From contig NC_058132.1 of assembly GCF_016433145.1 (NCBI RefSeq), forward strand, positions 618,114,382 to 618,178,381: a DNA stretch of 64,000 nt, written 5' to 3'. The stretch comes from Gracilinanus agilis (taxonomy: Eukaryota). Of the stretch, positions 61,410 to 64,000 are shown in pieces (the first letter of the stretch is position 1; every line of letters starts with the position of its first letter). The position numbers and the translations under genes were made by a program. The notes beneath the pieces were generated by a model that saw only the letters and a list, made by a program, of their open reading frames with translations, did no database searches and was not told where the DNA came from.

Positions 61410-61869
61410 ACTGATCATAAGTGATCCTTTCCACAGTGAAAATGAAAACTAGAACTGTGTATAGGTAATAGAATTACCACTCAGCACCATTCTCACTCAG
61501 TGCCAGCAATGAGTTCCCTGTACTTTTGTTAAGACCAGCTGTCCCACTCTCTTATCTCTGGACTGAGAATTCCTGAAGCTTCTGCTGCCACTACCCGAGG
61601 CTCACTGTTGGTGCTGTTGAGCTTTCATGAGAGGCCAGTCACCACCTAGGTATCATAGACCTCTCCTATTAACCCTCTAAGTTGCCTTAGGGTGGAAAAA
61701 TATTTTCCCCTCCTTTTTTGTTGTTTTTGTTATTAAGAAAAATTTGATTTGAAGTGCTATTTTAAAGCTATTTAGGGGAAAATGTTGAAAGAATTTGGGT
61801 ATGCTACTGCCTCTACTCTGCCATCTTGACTCTACCTTCTTCATTGCCTCTTGCCTTCACTACTACAAT

Positions 61870-62300
61870 AACTGTCTTATAGATATCCCTGCCTCCTCTA
61901 TTCTAATCCATCTTCCATTGTTGAACCATGGTGATGCTTTTTCTTAAGTGTAGATCTATCTACACCAATTCCCTGTTCAATGAACATCAGTGACTAATAT
62001 TTCCAGAGGGGAAAAAATCAACTATTTGACAACTAAAATTCTCCATTACCAAGACCTTTCCAAACATTTTATACCTAACTCCCCTTCAGTCATGCTATGA
62101 TAATGCAATGCTAATGTGTTTTCAGTTTCTTGTATATAATGTTCCAATTCTCAGTTCCATGCCTTAGCTTTAGATGTCCTCTAATTCTAGAATAATCTCA
62201 TTCCTAATATCTTCCTCATAGTTTTCCTAAATTCCTTGATGCTCACTTCAAACCTCATTCTCTGGAAGAGGGCTTTCCTAGTGTGAAGATGGGATTAACT
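61870..62300 (+). mobile_element. L2 fragment
   Basis: ctaatccatcttcca...cttaagtgtagatct...ccctgttcaatgaacatcagtgac. Confidence 0.62.
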
Positions 62301-62479
62301 CTCCCCTACCCTGATTTTTCCCCAGTTTATTATTTGCTTTATATTATCATATTATATTACATTATATTACTTAGTATTTATTCTGCATTTCATGTTCTGT
62401 GTGTCTTGTTTTCACCTAAATTCTTTCCTTTTCCATAAGTTTGATAGGCAAACTGTTTTGGGCTCCATGAATTTGCTTA

Positions 62480-63335
62480 CAAACATCTTTATTATTTTGA
62501 AGGATAACATCAATCCTCTGAGTCACCAAGACTTAGAAGTTTAGTGTCATCCTTGATTCCTCATTCTTTCACCCCAGCCCAACCTCATTCATAATCAATT
62601 GGTAAAGTCTATGGACTTTATCATTGTAAAATATTTCATATATACTCCCTTCTCTCATCTGACAATAATACAACCCTTGTCCAGATTCTTATCACCTCAT
62701 ATCTGATCCATTACAACACTCACTGCTGTGTCTCCTGGCCTTAAGTTGTCTCACCACCCCAGTCCATCTGTTAATCAGTTGTCAACTTAATCTTCCTAAA
62801 GCAAAGATCTGACCATATTGCCCTTCTGCTCAATAAACTCCATGTGGCTCCTTATCATGTTCACAATCAACTATAAAATTCTTGGCATTCAAAGTCTACA
62901 ACCTAGTACTCTCCTACATTTTCTACATTCTTATACTTTATTCCTCACAAAGTATACTGAGATTCAGTGAAAATAACCACCTTGATATTCTTCACATAAG
63001 ACATTCCATCTCTAGACTCTTAGGGTTTTCACTTGACTGTTCTCTATTCCTAGGATACTCTTTCTTCTTTCCTCTGACTTTTTTTCAAGTCACAGCTAAA
63101 ACCTTATCTTCCTTGAGAAGGCCTTACCTGTTCCTTCTTAATTCTGATATCTTCCCTTTATTGATTTTCTCCAGTTTATATTGGATATAGCTTGTGTGAA
63201 TATAGTTATTTTTGTCTTCTCCATTAATCTGTGAGCCATTAAAAATCAAGAGTTTACTTTTGCTTTCCTTGTATCATCAATGTTCTGCATAGTATCTGGC
63301 ATGTAATAAGTATATAATAAAGATTGAATGATTGA
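62480..63335 (+). mobile_element. L2 3' region
   Basis: gtcatccttgattcctcattc...ccagtccatctg...cttcctaaagcaaagatctgacc...gtatctggcatgtaataag...ttgaatgattga. Confidence 0.82.
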
Positions 63336-63339
63336 ACAT

Positions 63340-64000
63340 CGTTATAAAGTTTAAAATTATAAGATCATTTCATTAAAAAATAGAAGAGAATATAAAGATA
63401 TGTTATTTACAGATATTGGGATGCAGGAGTGTCTGAGTATGAAAAGGGTAGATACTTAACCAAACAATGGTGAAGGTTGATCTTAAAAGAGAAAATATTC
63501 TATATATGCAACTAAATTTTTTTAAGATCTGCACAAAGTTAATACAGATAGAATAAAAAATGAAATTGTCAAAGTGAGGAAGATAAATATCAACTACTTG
63601 TAAAAGTCAGACCTTATATATATATACATATATACATATATGTGTAAAATTAATGTAAATATTTAAAATGATATGTTCTACAGTAGAAAAGTAGTCAAAA
63701 TGTTTGAAATTTTAAAAAGGATTGAAATTTATTAATAACTACATGAAATACTTATAAAGCTCTGAGATTTTGCATTGTAATGGTCAAATTGGTAAAAATG
63801 ATTAAAAAAGATAAGTAAAGTTTAAAAAAACTGTAGAAGACAGATCTATTAAAATTTTTATAGATTTTAATTGATCTAACTATTCTGGAGAACAATTGAT
63901 AGTTTTTTGAGAAACACAATAAAGTAACTTTTTTATTCAAAACTTTTACCTAGAGAAACCAATGCCAAATGTATATAAAGAAGTCAAATATAGAAAAGTT
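63340..64000 (+). mobile_element. Old L1 ORF2 remnant
   Basis: A-rich; ttatttacagatatt (LFADDM-like) and aatggtcaaattggtaaaaatg (INIVKM-like). Confidence 0.55.

Larger units (their letters stand above)
59050..61830 (-). mobile_element. Older marsupial L1, 5'UTR and ORF1 region, split by an RTE insertion
   Basis: T-rich antisense ORF1 at 59050-59977; resumes at 61421; ends at ctctactctgccatcttgactc (antisense L1 5' terminus). Confidence 0.78.

Noticed and set aside
1-64000. CRISPR arrays, rRNA genes, intact transposase or RT ORFs, operon-like systems
   Set aside because: No regularly spaced repeats or rRNA-like sequence; all TE coding remnants are frameshifted; the DNA is mammalian

Overview
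AT-rich, CpG-depleted, repeat-dense mammalian DNA. The repeat complement points to a marsupial, most likely a didelphid opossum such as Monodelphis domestica: SINE1_Mdo-type SINEs, MAR1 and MIR/MIR3 CORE-SINEs, RTE, L1, L2 and CR1/L3 LINEs, opossum-style solo LTRs and Charlie-type hAT MITEs. Family names are from memory and most repeat boundaries are approximate. There are three assembly gaps. I could not identify any protein-coding gene, tRNA, rRNA or CRISPR array, so the window reads as intronic or intergenic. The supplied ORFs come mostly from TE remnants, microsatellites or N-gaps. Several TE-free islands retain CpGs and contain exon-like segments on both strands; these are reported only as low-confidence candidates. 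The best-supported unusual structures are insertion and rearrangement scars: (1) an RTE with an inverted 5' part and a missing RT domain inside one 11-bp TSD, nested in an L1 and itself hit by an L1 tip; (2) an L2 split by an 871-bp LTR-containing insert flanked by a 31/32-identical duplication; (3) a 76-bp-arm fold-back repeat; (4) several small local duplications. I found no evidence that establishes a new biological system.
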